A DNA stretch of 64,000 nt from assembly GCA_001603595.1 (NCBI GenBank), contig LUZK01000026.1:5810-69809 (forward strand), given 5' to 3'. Positions 22,587 to 32,572 of the stretch are shown in pieces (positions within the stretch are counted from its first letter, which is position 1; every line of letters starts with the position of its first letter). The translations under genes and the position numbers were made by a program. The notes beneath the pieces are model-generated. The model saw only the letters and a program-made list of their open reading frames with translations, searched no databases and was not told where the DNA came from. Source of the DNA: Bacteroidales bacterium Bact_19 (GTDB taxonomy: Bacteria > Bacteroidota > Bacteroidia > Bacteroidales > ML635J-15).

Positions 22587-22975
22587 CTGCTTAAATTTTT
22601 GGCAAATTTATAAAATAGAGTTCAGAATCTAAAATTTAAGAAAAAAATTATCAAATTGGTTTTTGCTTGATTCTAAATAAAATTATGCGTTCTTGTTTAA
22701 ATAACTAAAATTTTTTGAATTTTCAGGTTTACATTCAAAAAATTCTATGGATTAATAATATATCCATAAAGAAATTTCATATTTTAAATATTTTCTTAGT
22801 TTATAACTAATTTTTTGTCAATTTTAGTCAAGATATTTTAATTTATTTTGAACAATAATTTAAAATATTAACTCGCCCCGAGCCTTTAATTTTTGAAAAA
22901 GTATTGATAAAAAAGAAAATTTATATTATGAAAATTTAAATTAAAACATTAATATTGTTGCATAAAAATATAAAA

Positions 22976-24706
22976 ATGAACAAGCCTCGTTGGATAATTA
23001 AAGAGAATGGAGATAAAGAAAAAGTTGAAAAACTTGCTGAAGTACTGAATGTTGATAAAATAATTGCCAATTTGCTTGTCCAAAGAGGGATAGAGACTTA
23101 TGATCAGGCAAGAGTTTTTTTCAGACCTGAAATTAGCGATTTGCACAATCCTTTTGAAATGAAAGATATGGATATTGCCGTTCAAAGACTTGATCAAGCA
23201 ATATCCAAAAATGAAAAAATACTTGTTTTCGGAGATTACGATGTTGACGGTACTACCGGAGTAGCTCTGGTTTACAGATTTTTACGCAAATTCACCGATA
23301 AACTTGACTTTTATATCCCCGACAGGTATAACGAGGGCTATGGGATTTCTTTTAAAGCTTTAGACTATGCAGATGAAAATAAGATAACCTTAATTATTGC
23401 AGTTGATTGTGGCATAAAAGCAGTTGAAAAAGCAGAATATGCCAAATGCAAGAACATAGATCTAATTGTTTGCGATCATCACAATCCGGGGGAAAAAATC
23501 CCTTGTGCTCTGGCTGTTTTGGACCCTAAAAGACCCGAATGTAATTATCCATACAAAGAATTATCGGGATGCGGAGTTGCTTTTAAATTATTACAAGCAT
23601 ATTGTATTTATAAAAATCTTGATTATTATGATTTAATCAGGCTTCTTGATTTAGTTGTAGTTTCAATAGGTTCAGATATTGTACCAATCACGGGCGAAAA
23701 CAGAATTTTAGCTTATTACGGATTACAGCAATTAAATACTGAGCCCTTGCCCGGTTTAAAAAGTATAATAGATCTATCATGCCTAACGGATAAAGAAATT
23801 CAAATAAACGACATTGTTTTTAAAATCGGACCGCGAATAAACGCAGCAGGCAGAATGAATTCGGGTAATAAAGCTGTGGAACTGCTAATAACCGATAACT
23901 TAGAATATGCAAACGATATTGCTGGTCAAATAAACCTTTTTAATGATAGCCGTAAAGAATTAGACCACGATATTACTGAGCAAGCTCTTGAGCTGATAAA
24001 AAATAATCCTGAAGAATTAAATGCAGCTTGCACTGTTCTTTATAACGAAAACTGGCTAAAAGGAGTAATAGGAATTGTTGCTTCCAGATTAATCGAAACT
24101 TATCACAGACCAACAATAATTTTTACAAGATCAGGTAATTTTGCTACAGGGTCAGCAAGATCAGTTCCGGGATTTAATCTCTACGAAGCTATCGAATCCT
24201 GTTCAGACCTGCTCGAAAATTTTGGTGGGCATATGTATGCAGCCGGTCTCACTGTGAAAATTGAAAACTTTCCGGAATTCAAAAAAAAATTTACCAAATA
24301 TGTGGAAGAACATATTACCAATGAACAAAAAACACCGGTATTAGAAGCTGACATGCTAATAGAATTAAAAGACATTACACCTAAATTTTACAGGATTTTA
24401 CGACAATTTTCTCCTTTTGGACCTCAAAATATGACCCCAACATTCGTTACCAGAGGAGTTTTTGATAACGGTTCCGGTAAAATTGTCGGTAAAAGCAACG
24501 AACATTTAAAACTCAAATTAGTTCAACATCTTGGTGATAATCGCTGTATAGAAGCAATTGGGTTTGGATTTGGTGAATACTACGATAAAATAAAGGATTA
24601 TAAGTCGTTTGATATCTGTTACCAGGTATTCGAAAATAATTTTATGAATCAAACTTTTTTACAATTGTTGATAAAAGATATACAAAATATTAAAAATTCT
24701 TTTTGA
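22976..24706 (+). CDS. recJ: Single-stranded-DNA exonuclease RecJ
   Basis: GDYDVDG, VDCG, CDHH, GPRINAAGR, GGHMYAAG; start at ATG 22976. Confidence 0.95.
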   Translation: MNKPRWIIKENGDKEKVEKLAEVLNVDKIIANLLVQRGIETYDQARVFFRPEISDLHNPFEMKDMDIAVQRLDQAISKNEKILVFGDYDVDGTTGVALVYRFLRKFTDKLDFYIPDRYNEGYGISFKALDYADENKITLIIAVDCGIKAVEKAEYAKCKNIDLIVCDHHNPGEKIPCALAVLDPKRPECNYPYKELSGCGVAFKLLQAYCIYKNLDYYDLIRLLDLVVVSIGSDIVPITGENRILAYYGLQQLNTEPLPGLKSIIDLSCLTDKEIQINDIVFKIGPRINAAGRMNSGNKAVELLITDNLEYANDIAGQINLFNDSRKELDHDITEQALELIKNNPEELNAACTVLYNENWLKGVIGIVASRLIETYHRPTIIFTRSGNFATGSARSVPGFNLYEAIESCSDLLENFGGHMYAAGLTVKIENFPEFKKKFTKYVEEHITNEQKTPVLEADMLIELKDITPKFYRILRQFSPFGPQNMTPTFVTRGVFDNGSGKIVGKSNEHLKLKLVQHLGDNRCIEAIGFGFGEYYDKIKDYKSFDICYQVFENNFMNQTFLQLLIKDIQNIKNSF

Positions 24707-24794
24707 CAAAAATTTTTTTTTAAATTTGTAGCAACTATTTTGTATAAAATTTCGTTATATTTGTTAAATAAAAATAACTCTAATCAATTCTGTT

Positions 24795-25601
24795 ATGAAA
24801 AAAACAATTTTGGTACCCCATGATTTTACAGAAGTTGGTGATTTTGCATTAGAACATGCCTATATGATTAGCAAATCTTCCAACAGCCCTATTAATCTTA
24901 TTCATATTGTTAGAAAAACCTCTCAAATTGAGGAAGCAAAAAGAAAACTTCAGGAAATTGCAGACAATTTTATTGCAAACAAAACTAACGCTGATGTTCA
25001 AATAAATGTTGATGTTAGAAGAGGAAATTTATTTAAAGAAATATATAACTATGGCGTTGAAATTGATGCATACCTTGCAGTTATGGGCACTCATGGTGAA
25101 AAAACAGTAAAAAAAGCCATGAAAGTTGTAAAAAAATTCGTCAAGATTCCGTTTATACTCGTACAAAGTCCTGTACAGCACGGTGAATATGATAGAATTG
25201 TTGTTCCTATTGATCATGACAAAAGTGCAAGAATAAAAATTCAATGGATAAGATATATAAACACTCTTTTCAAAAGCAATGTTTATATAATAACTCATAA
25301 TTACTCCGACGGATTTAAACAAAAATCACTTGCAGCAAACATTAAATTTTCTCAAAATTGGTTCGAAAGAGAATTAATTGATTATGACCTTAAAGTTCTC
25401 GAAAACGGGAAGAATTTTGCTGATGAAATTTATAATTACGCCAATCAAGTTGAAGCTGACCTTATATTGGTTATGACAGACAAATATCGTGAATACGTAA
25501 GAGATTTAAAACGGGCAGCAAACAAGGAATTGTTTAAGAAAATTCCTATAATGTGCGTAAACAAAAGAACTGATATTGTAAGACTTGGAGGCTTCAATTA
25601 A
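24795..25601 (+). CDS. Universal stress protein (two USP domains)
   Basis: ILVPHDFT, VMGTHG, IVVPID, ADLILVM; TATATTTG box at 24756-24763. Confidence 0.85.
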   Translation: MKKTILVPHDFTEVGDFALEHAYMISKSSNSPINLIHIVRKTSQIEEAKRKLQEIADNFIANKTNADVQINVDVRRGNLFKEIYNYGVEIDAYLAVMGTHGEKTVKKAMKVVKKFVKIPFILVQSPVQHGEYDRIVVPIDHDKSARIKIQWIRYINTLFKSNVYIITHNYSDGFKQKSLAANIKFSQNWFERELIDYDLKVLENGKNFADEIYNYANQVEADLILVMTDKYREYVRDLKRAANKELFKKIPIMCVNKRTDIVRLGGFN

Positions 25602-26083
25602 TATCTGCTGCTAATTGAGATTTTTTTCGGCCTAATTTTACCTTCCAAAAGTAATTTTATAACTTTATTGGTTGCATTTATCAAATCCTTTAAAAGTTCA
25701 TCTACTTTAATTATTAATGTTCCATTTTCCATTTCAAGGTGTTTATAGCCCTCCAAATCCTGTTTTCCAACAATCAGTAACGAAGGAGTTGGGATGAACA
25801 TGTGTGTTAGGCAAGCACGCATTTGTGTATATAAAAATGACTTTGAATTTAATTCAGCATATTTCTTGGGGAAAAGCTTATACAAAGCCAGTTCAAAACG
25901 CTTTGCAGACAAGCCTTTAGCCCGCATAGGTTTATCATCTAAATATGCACCCAAAACCTCAATTGCTTGAGCAGCAATCATTACTGTAAGAACATATTCA
26001 TTTTGATTTAAAACTTTAGAAACAGCTACGATAATTTTTTTATTCAAAAAATCAATGTGTTCTTCTTTTGTTTGAAGCAGCAT
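25598..26083 (-). CDS. Hypothetical protein, possible HEPN-like fold
   Basis: Helical protein with AIEVLG and LYTQMRACLTH (R-x4-H); TAATG overlap with upstream gene. Confidence 0.55.
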   Translation of the reverse strand: MLLQTKEEHIDFLNKKIIVAVSKVLNQNEYVLTVMIAAQAIEVLGAYLDDKPMRAKGLSAKRFELALYKLFPKKYAELNSKSFLYTQMRACLTHMFIPTPSLLIVGKQDLEGYKHLEMENGTLIIKVDELLKDLINATNKVIKLLLEGKIRPKKISISSRY

Positions 26084-28173
26084 TAAAATTTATATCTAAG
26101 TTGAAGTTTTACGTCTGTTTTATTTCGCCCGTTAATTTTATCCAACCCACTGCTAATATAATCCCTGTCGTTGAAATAAGTATTGGAAATTCTAAACCAA
26201 AAATCTATGTTTCTCGAAGCTGTGTATTTTACAACCAGAACATTTCTTAGACCTTGTCCATAATATGCTGGAACAGAAAATCCGTATAATACATCAGGCT
26301 CGTAAGCATAAATTGCAGCATCATAAGAATCAATTTCAAAAACAGCTACTCTTGCTGTAAATGTTAACGGCAATCTGTCAGGTTTGAATTGAAAATCCTG
26401 ATAAATCATAAATCCCCAGTCATCTCGTTCATTGATTTTGTAATTCGAGAGTTCTATCCTACTCTTAAGAGTAAGATTTTTATTAACAACATAGTTTAAA
26501 TGATACCTGTATCTTGTTGTATTATAATCTGTTAGCGGTCTTATACCGGTAGTAATTTCAGTATTATTTTTTTGTTTTGTTTTATTCCTGTACCGGAAAT
26601 ACATATCTAAATTACGTTTTGGAAAATATGAAATCTGCACAAGCATATCGTTACCGGTTGAAGGCGAATTTACACTATATCTTAACCATGGATAATTCCA
26701 CGAATCAAAAAAGCTTTCAATCTTCCAGTATTTGCGTGGGAATATCTCTGTTCCGATGAATAATCCCGATTCATTGTATGCCTTATTTCCTTCGGAAAAT
26801 GGATTTGTATACATATTTTGATAATCAGGACGATAATACCTATGCACTAATGACATTTTAAACTCAGGGACAAAATCTATCAAAGCACCGTTAAGGCTTG
26901 CCCAACCTAAATTTTGGCTCAAGGATGTCTCTCCGAACAAAATAAGTTTATTTTGCGTATAAATATAATCAACACCAAAATTAGAATTTGAACTTCCATT
27001 AAAATCAAAAAATCTGTAAGGTTCTGTTCTGCTTCCAATCGGAATAGAATAATTATAATATACTCCGGTTGCTCCTAATCTAAGCTTGTTTAGAGTGTAA
27101 TTTGCATTAAAACCTGTAACAAATTCGGAAATTGTTTTACGTTTCTTTATTTCAGAAGGTGTTCTATGATATCCGGTCTCAAGAAAAGAAGTTAAATACT
27201 GTTCTTCAATTATGTCGGAATCTGTTGTATCTGATATAGAAGTTATTGTGCCATCAATATTTTTGTATGAAATAAATTCAGTAAAATTAAATTTGCCGAA
27301 ATTAATAGTAGAAGCCTGGCCTCTGAAAAAAGAAGTTTCGTTTACCGAACTATATTTGTTGATACCTCTAGCTTTTTTCATTACTCCCGAAATACTGCTG
27401 GTTTTACCGAAACTCAAGCCACTCCAGAGAGTCAAGCCTTGTCCGAATTGTGCTAAATAATCTCCAACAATAATTTTTTTAAATTTCCACACATCATTTA
27501 GCTGGAAATGAGCAGAATAAAAATCAAATCCGTATTTTTGTGCTCCTCTGAAAAATTGTTCGCCATCATCCTTCTCGGCAGTAATACCAAATAATAAGCG
27601 ATTTTTAAATTGGAAAGAATGTCGAAAATAAAGCTTATAGGGACTCCCCAAATAACGGCTTTTATCGGGATTTATGGCAAGAATGCTATCCGGTACGGGA
27701 ATATACCCGGACTTTTGTTGTAAAGTTTGTTGATAGCGTAAAAAAGTAACATTTTTACCGTATGTCAATGCCTTCTTCAAATCCAGTGTCTCAGTCCTTC
27801 TAACATCAGCTACAGTAACAAATGGCAATAATCTTTTAAGAGTCAACAAATCCATTCCATCAACAAACTGCAACTCATATATACTCATGAAATTGCCGTA
27901 TTTCTTTCTGTATTTAATGATAGAATATATCTGAAATTCATTCAAAAAAAGTAATTCCTTAAGTTGAGTTTCGGTAGCCTGATTAAGGTCAATAGGATCA
28001 TACCAGTATTTTTCGAGAGCATCGAATAAGGTGGTGTAATCCAATTCCGAATCTGAGGCAGAAGCAATTTCTTCGATAATTTCGTCCAACCTGCTTAAAG
28101 TTTCCTCCTGTGATATCAACAAAATTGGGAAACCGGTAATAGTAATAAATATAATAAGTCTTTTAAAAAGCAT
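26083..28173 (-). CDS. Helix-hairpin-helix (ComEA-like) domain outer-membrane protein
   Basis: PIDLNQATETQLKEL...YRKKYGNFMSIYELQFVDG HhH; GITAEKDDGE; ends LRYKF (beta-barrel signal). Confidence 0.82.
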   Translation of the reverse strand: MLFKRLIIFITITGFPILLISQEETLSRLDEIIEEIASASDSELDYTTLFDALEKYWYDPIDLNQATETQLKELLFLNEFQIYSIIKYRKKYGNFMSIYELQFVDGMDLLTLKRLLPFVTVADVRRTETLDLKKALTYGKNVTFLRYQQTLQQKSGYIPVPDSILAINPDKSRYLGSPYKLYFRHSFQFKNRLLFGITAEKDDGEQFFRGAQKYGFDFYSAHFQLNDVWKFKKIIVGDYLAQFGQGLTLWSGLSFGKTSSISGVMKKARGINKYSSVNETSFFRGQASTINFGKFNFTEFISYKNIDGTITSISDTTDSDIIEEQYLTSFLETGYHRTPSEIKKRKTISEFVTGFNANYTLNKLRLGATGVYYNYSIPIGSRTEPYRFFDFNGSSNSNFGVDYIYTQNKLILFGETSLSQNLGWASLNGALIDFVPEFKMSLVHRYYRPDYQNMYTNPFSEGNKAYNESGLFIGTEIFPRKYWKIESFFDSWNYPWLRYSVNSPSTGNDMLVQISYFPKRNLDMYFRYRNKTKQKNNTEITTGIRPLTDYNTTRYRYHLNYVVNKNLTLKSRIELSNYKINERDDWGFMIYQDFQFKPDRLPLTFTARVAVFEIDSYDAAIYAYEPDVLYGFSVPAYYGQGLRNVLVVKYTASRNIDFWFRISNTYFNDRDYISSGLDKINGRNKTDVKLQLRYKF

Positions 28174-28981
28174 AATTCAACGAAATTTTTGGAGTACTGC
28201 CTAAAACATTGTGATAAGCATAAGAAAAATCCAGATTAAAATCAGAGATTTTATATCCCAGTCCAAAAGTATATTCGATAGGATAAAATGCTACACCAGT
28301 TCTAAACATAAATTTATGGTTAATAGTGTATTCAATACCAGATCGAAAAACGTGAGTAAAGCCGTTTATTGATTTTCCGGTTTCTAGTGCAAATAAAAGG
28401 GAATTACTGAATTTATACGACAATCCTATTCTCAAACAAAACGGCAATTTAAAGGTATTGTCGGCAAAATAGGATACATTAACCGGATTTGCTATGTAGG
28501 TTGCTATTCGTAGATTATTTCCTTGAATAAATAAAGCTCCGATTTCAAAACTCATGCCGTGAAAATTTCCATAATCGGCAGATTGTCGCATACTGAAATA
28601 ATTAGCATTTATGCCAAGGAAAAAGTTGTTAAAAAGTTGCTGTGAAAACCCTAAAGAAGCCTTTTGCTTATTAAAAGAAGAAAAACCAAAATTGGCAAAT
28701 CCCACGTTAATTGTAGTACCTCCAAGTGGAGCCGAAAATGCAAGAGCCGACAATCCTGTTTCTTTTAAAATAAAACGATTTTCGTAATAAATTCCTGAAT
28801 TTATTCTTTCCAGCTGAGCTGTTCCGGCAGGATTATTAAACACAGCCCAAACATCACTTAAAGTAACCGAAGCATATCCCATTCCGGATTGTCTGCCTCC
28901 GGGATTAATGTTTTCAGTTTGAGAATAAGCAATTGTCGAGCAAAAAAACAATGCAAAAACTGATATTTTTAATTTCAACAT
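28163..28981 (-). CDS. Outer-membrane beta-barrel, PorV/PorQ/FadL-like
   Basis: GGRQSGMG...WAVFNNPAG motif, amphipathic strands, ends LNYAF. Confidence 0.7.
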   Translation of the reverse strand: MLKLKISVFALFFCSTIAYSQTENINPGGRQSGMGYASVTLSDVWAVFNNPAGTAQLERINSGIYYENRFILKETGLSALAFSAPLGGTTINVGFANFGFSSFNKQKASLGFSQQLFNNFFLGINANYFSMRQSADYGNFHGMSFEIGALFIQGNNLRIATYIANPVNVSYFADNTFKLPFCLRIGLSYKFSNSLLFALETGKSINGFTHVFRSGIEYTINHKFMFRTGVAFYPIEYTFGLGYKISDFNLDFSYAYHNVLGSTPKISLNYAF

Positions 28982-28993
28982 TTTAAAAAATAT

Positions 28994-29500
28994 TTAATTT
29001 ACTCTATATTCAAACTTATAAGATTTAAGTTCTTCGTTAGCTTTAACAATTTTTTCCTTGAGATTTTCTTTGAACTCTTTCAATTTTTGAGCCAATTCTG
29101 GATCTCCGGTAGCGATGATCTGAGCAGCCAGAATAGCAGCATTTTGAGCCCCATTAATTGCAACTGTTGCAACAGGTATTCCGGGCGGCATCTGAACTAT
29201 TGCTAACAAAGCATCCATTCCATCCAAACTTGCGTTAATCGGAACTCCGATAACCGGCACTGTTGTCATGGCTGCAATAACTCCACATAAATGAGCTGCC
29301 ATACCTGCACCGGCAATTATTACTTTTATTCCTCTTTCTGCTGCTCCTTTAGCAAATTTTTCTACCTCTTCTGGAGTACGATGAGCCGAAAGAGCGTTTA
29401 TCTCAAACGGAATCTTAAATTCATTCAACTGAACTGCAGCCTTTTCCATTATTTTATAATCACTCACAGAACCCATAATAATACTTACAACTGGTTTCAT
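28994..29500 (-). CDS. purE: N5-CAIR mutase
   Basis: IIMGSVSD, SAHRTP, AGAGMAAHL, VQMPPGIPVATV. Confidence 0.97.
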   Translation of the reverse strand: MKPVVSIIMGSVSDYKIMEKAAVQLNEFKIPFEINALSAHRTPEEVEKFAKGAAERGIKVIIAGAGMAAHLCGVIAAMTTVPVIGVPINASLDGMDALLAIVQMPPGIPVATVAINGAQNAAILAAQIIATGDPELAQKLKEFKENLKEKIVKANEELKSYKFEYRVN

Positions 29501-29581
29501 AATTCAATTTTTTTAATTTTCGTAAAAATAAATATTTTTTTTAATTTTGTAACAATTTATATAACAATAAATTTTTCTGAA

Positions 29582-30124
29582 ATGAACGAAATTAAAATTT
29601 TAGATAAAGTTTTTAAACTATATATTTCTTACAACGAAATAAAAAAAAGAATTAAAAAACTAGCTCTGCAAATAGAAACCGATTACGGCGATAAAGACCC
29701 GATTTTTATTAGCATTCTAAATGGCTCTTTTATGTTTGCTGCTGAATTGTTTAAAAACTTAAATATTCCATGTAACATTACTTTTGTAAAGCTTGCTTCT
29801 TATCAAGGAACACAAAGTAGCGGAAAGATAAAAGAACTTGTAGGTTTTAATGAACAAATCGAAGGTCGAACGGTTATTGTTATTGAAGACATTGTTGATA
29901 CAGGTAATACAATTATTGATATTGTGAAAGATTTAGAATCCAAAAATCCTAAAGAAATTGTTATATGCACTCTGTTGCTTAAACCTGAGGCGTATAATAA
30001 TTCATTTCCAATAAAATACCGATGTTTCGAAATTCCCAATGATTTTATTGTGGGCTTCGGGCTTGACTATAACTCGTATGGAAGAAATTTTAAAGATATT
30101 TATGTAATAAGTAATCAAAAATAA
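29582..30124 (+). CDS. hpt: Hypoxanthine phosphoribosyltransferase
   Basis: ILNGSFMF, VIEDIVDTGNT PRPP motif, FIVGFGLDY; start at ATG 29582. Confidence 0.93.
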   Translation: MNEIKILDKVFKLYISYNEIKKRIKKLALQIETDYGDKDPIFISILNGSFMFAAELFKNLNIPCNITFVKLASYQGTQSSGKIKELVGFNEQIEGRTVIVIEDIVDTGNTIIDIVKDLESKNPKEIVICTLLLKPEAYNNSFPIKYRCFEIPNDFIVGFGLDYNSYGRNFKDIYVISNQK

Positions 30125-30130
30125 ACTTAT

Positions 30131-31303
30131 ATGCTTAACATTGCTTTATTCGGACCTCCCGGTGCAGGAAAAGGAACACAAGCTAAAAGACTCGCTGAAA
30201 AATACAATCTAACCTACATTTCAACAGGCGATATTCTACGAAGGGAAATTGCTGAAGGAACTTCTTTAGGACTTGAAGCTAAGTCAATCATCGAACAAGG
30301 TGGTTTGGTTTCAGATGAAATAATTGTTCAAATCATTGAGAGAAGCATAAGAATGAATCCGGATTCTAATGGTATTCTTTTCGACGGGTTCCCACGTACT
30401 TATGCTCAAGCTTATATCTTAGATGGATTATTGCTGAAAATGAACACCAAATTGTCCTGTTTGTTAAGTCTTGAGGTGCCAAGAGATGAACTTGTTAAAA
30501 GAATGATGCTCAGAGCCGAAAAGGAAGCTCGTGCCGACGATAAAATCGAAATTATCGAAAATCGTCTCAGAGAATACGATATTAAAACTGTTCCGGTAAT
30601 TGATTTTTATAAAAATCAAAATAAATTTTATCCAATTAACGGAATAGGAACAGTTGATGTAGTGTATGAAAGACTTACAAATACCATTGAAGAAATACTT
30701 GCTCAAACTTTGTTAAATGTTGTTTTCTTCGGACGACCCGGAGCAGGAAAAGGAACCCAGGCAAAACGCATAGCCGAAAAATTCGGACTCGAATACATTT
30801 CAACCGGCGAAATGATCCGACAAGAAGTTGCCGCGCAAACAGAACTTGGAAAAATTGCTCAACCCTATCTCGAAAAAGGAGATATTGTTCCGGATGACGT
30901 AGCTATCAGGCTTATTGAGCGTAAACTAGCCGAAACAAAGAATGCCAAAGGATTTATTTTTAAAGGATTTCCTTCAACCCTTGTTCAGGCATACATACTT
31001 GGTGGTTTGTTGAAAAAATTAGATTCTTCGGTTTCTGTGGTGATTGAATTAAAAACATCTACCCTTCAAGCTATGAAGAGACTCACCGCCAGATCAAAAA
31101 CAGATAAAGCAAGAACCTACGACCTCAATCCCGAAACTATAATCCATCGCCTCGAAGTATTTCAGGATCGAAGTGAAAAAATAAGGGATTTTTATATTCA
31201 ACAAAACAAACTTATCAGCTTTAATGGAGATCAAGACGCTGAAACTCTAAACAAACAAATCGAATCCGTAATTGAAAAAGCTTTTAAGGAGATAAGAAAA
31301 TAA
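30131..31303 (+). CDS. adk: Adenylate kinase with tandem duplicated kinase domain
   Basis: Two P-loops GPPGAGKGTQA and GRPGAGKGTQA, each followed by ISTG; DGFPR present only in domain 1. Confidence 0.88.
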   Translation: MLNIALFGPPGAGKGTQAKRLAEKYNLTYISTGDILRREIAEGTSLGLEAKSIIEQGGLVSDEIIVQIIERSIRMNPDSNGILFDGFPRTYAQAYILDGLLLKMNTKLSCLLSLEVPRDELVKRMMLRAEKEARADDKIEIIENRLREYDIKTVPVIDFYKNQNKFYPINGIGTVDVVYERLTNTIEEILAQTLLNVVFFGRPGAGKGTQAKRIAEKFGLEYISTGEMIRQEVAAQTELGKIAQPYLEKGDIVPDDVAIRLIERKLAETKNAKGFIFKGFPSTLVQAYILGGLLKKLDSSVSVVIELKTSTLQAMKRLTARSKTDKARTYDLNPETIIHRLEVFQDRSEKIRDFYIQQNKLISFNGDQDAETLNKQIESVIEKAFKEIRK

Positions 31304-31351
31304 TTTTTATAATACATAAACAATATCTTAAAAAAACTTACTTAATACCAA

Positions 31352-31849
31352 TTATTTATAATCATTTGTTTTAACATCAAATGTGAAATGTTTTTGCATA
31401 AAGTAAGAGTATAAAATAACTATGCCTGTGGTTAAAATTTTTGATATTGTTGGCCATATATAGCACAATTCAACAAAAAATTTCAATAAAACATAGTTTA
31501 GAATAATTGAACCGGTTACAGACACTCCATACCTGAATAATTGTTTGCGACCTCGAAAAACAGATTGAGTAAAGGTTACATATTTTGCCATTAAAAATCC
31601 TGTAATAAAAGTGATCGGAAAAACTATCAAAAAAGCCGCTATATGTGATGAAATAACAATAACACCAAGGTCAAGATTATTTTTTTTTAAAATAAAATTG
31701 TAAAAAACAAAATATAAGAAAATATCAAAGGTTGTGTTCAATCCTCCTGTAAAAGCATATCTGTACGTTAATCTTGACATAAACCTGCTAAATACCGGAT
31801 ATGTAAAATCACAAACCTTAACAATATAATTTTTTATCCACTTTAGCAT
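31352..31849 (-). CDS. GtrA family membrane protein
   Basis: RYAFTGGLNT..D, QLFRY, YSYFMQKHFTF; four TM segments. Confidence 0.85.
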   Translation of the reverse strand: MLKWIKNYIVKVCDFTYPVFSRFMSRLTYRYAFTGGLNTTFDIFLYFVFYNFILKKNNLDLGVIVISSHIAAFLIVFPITFITGFLMAKYVTFTQSVFRGRKQLFRYGVSVTGSIILNYVLLKFFVELCYIWPTISKILTTGIVILYSYFMQKHFTFDVKTNDYK

Positions 31850-31908
31850 AAAAATATTTTAGCAAATACAAATACTCATGTAATCAACTTTCTGCTTCTT
31901 TTTATTCT

Positions 31909-32571
31909 TTATCTCCTATTTACTCTTCCATTTTTTCTCAAAATCATAAAACCGTCACGTATATCAAGAATTACTTTTTCTACCCTGTTGTCATTTCTTA
32001 CAAAATCATTAAATTCCATTATGCCTTTTGTCATGTAATCATTAGATTCTACCGGATAAAAAATTTTATTGTCCCACAAAACATTATCTACTAATATTAA
32101 ACCTCCGGGCTTTGTTTTTGACAACACAATTTCGTAATAATTTATATACTCTCTCTTATCCGCATCTATAAAAACAAGATCAAAAACTTCTTCTATTTTA
32201 GGTAAAATTTCAAGAGCATCACCTATTAATAAGTTAACTTTATTTTCAATATCTGCCAGTTTAAAATATTTTCTTATAAGCCATTCGATTTCATCGTTTA
32301 TTTCTATACTTGTTAATTTACCGTTTTCAGGCAGTGCACGTGCTATACAAATTGATGTATATCCTGTATATGTTCCGATTTCAAGAACATTTTTTGCATT
32401 TGATATTTTTACTAACATAGCGATAAAAGCTGCCTGAGTCGGTCCGGAGATCATTCGTGGATGTAACTGAGTTAGATGTGTCTCTCTATATAAATCTTTT
32501 AAAACATCGTCTTCGATATTACAAAAACTGTCAATATATTCCTGCTTGATATCGTAAATAAAATTAGTCAT
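31909..32571 (-). CDS. SAM-dependent O-methyltransferase (Methyltransf_3 / TrmR-like)
   Basis: VLEIGTYTGY, FDLVFIDADK, LVDNVLW. Confidence 0.9.
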   Translation of the reverse strand: MTNFIYDIKQEYIDSFCNIEDDVLKDLYRETHLTQLHPRMISGPTQAAFIAMLVKISNAKNVLEIGTYTGYTSICIARALPENGKLTSIEINDEIEWLIRKYFKLADIENKVNLLIGDALEILPKIEEVFDLVFIDADKREYINYYEIVLSKTKPGGLILVDNVLWDNKIFYPVESNDYMTKGIMEFNDFVRNDNRVEKVILDIRDGFMILRKNGRVNRR

Positions 32572-32572
32572 A

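Noticed and set aside
29291-29581. 97-codon N-terminal extension of hpt in the ORF track
   Set aside because: Overlaps purE antisense and the divergent promoter; Hpt similarity begins at ATG 29582
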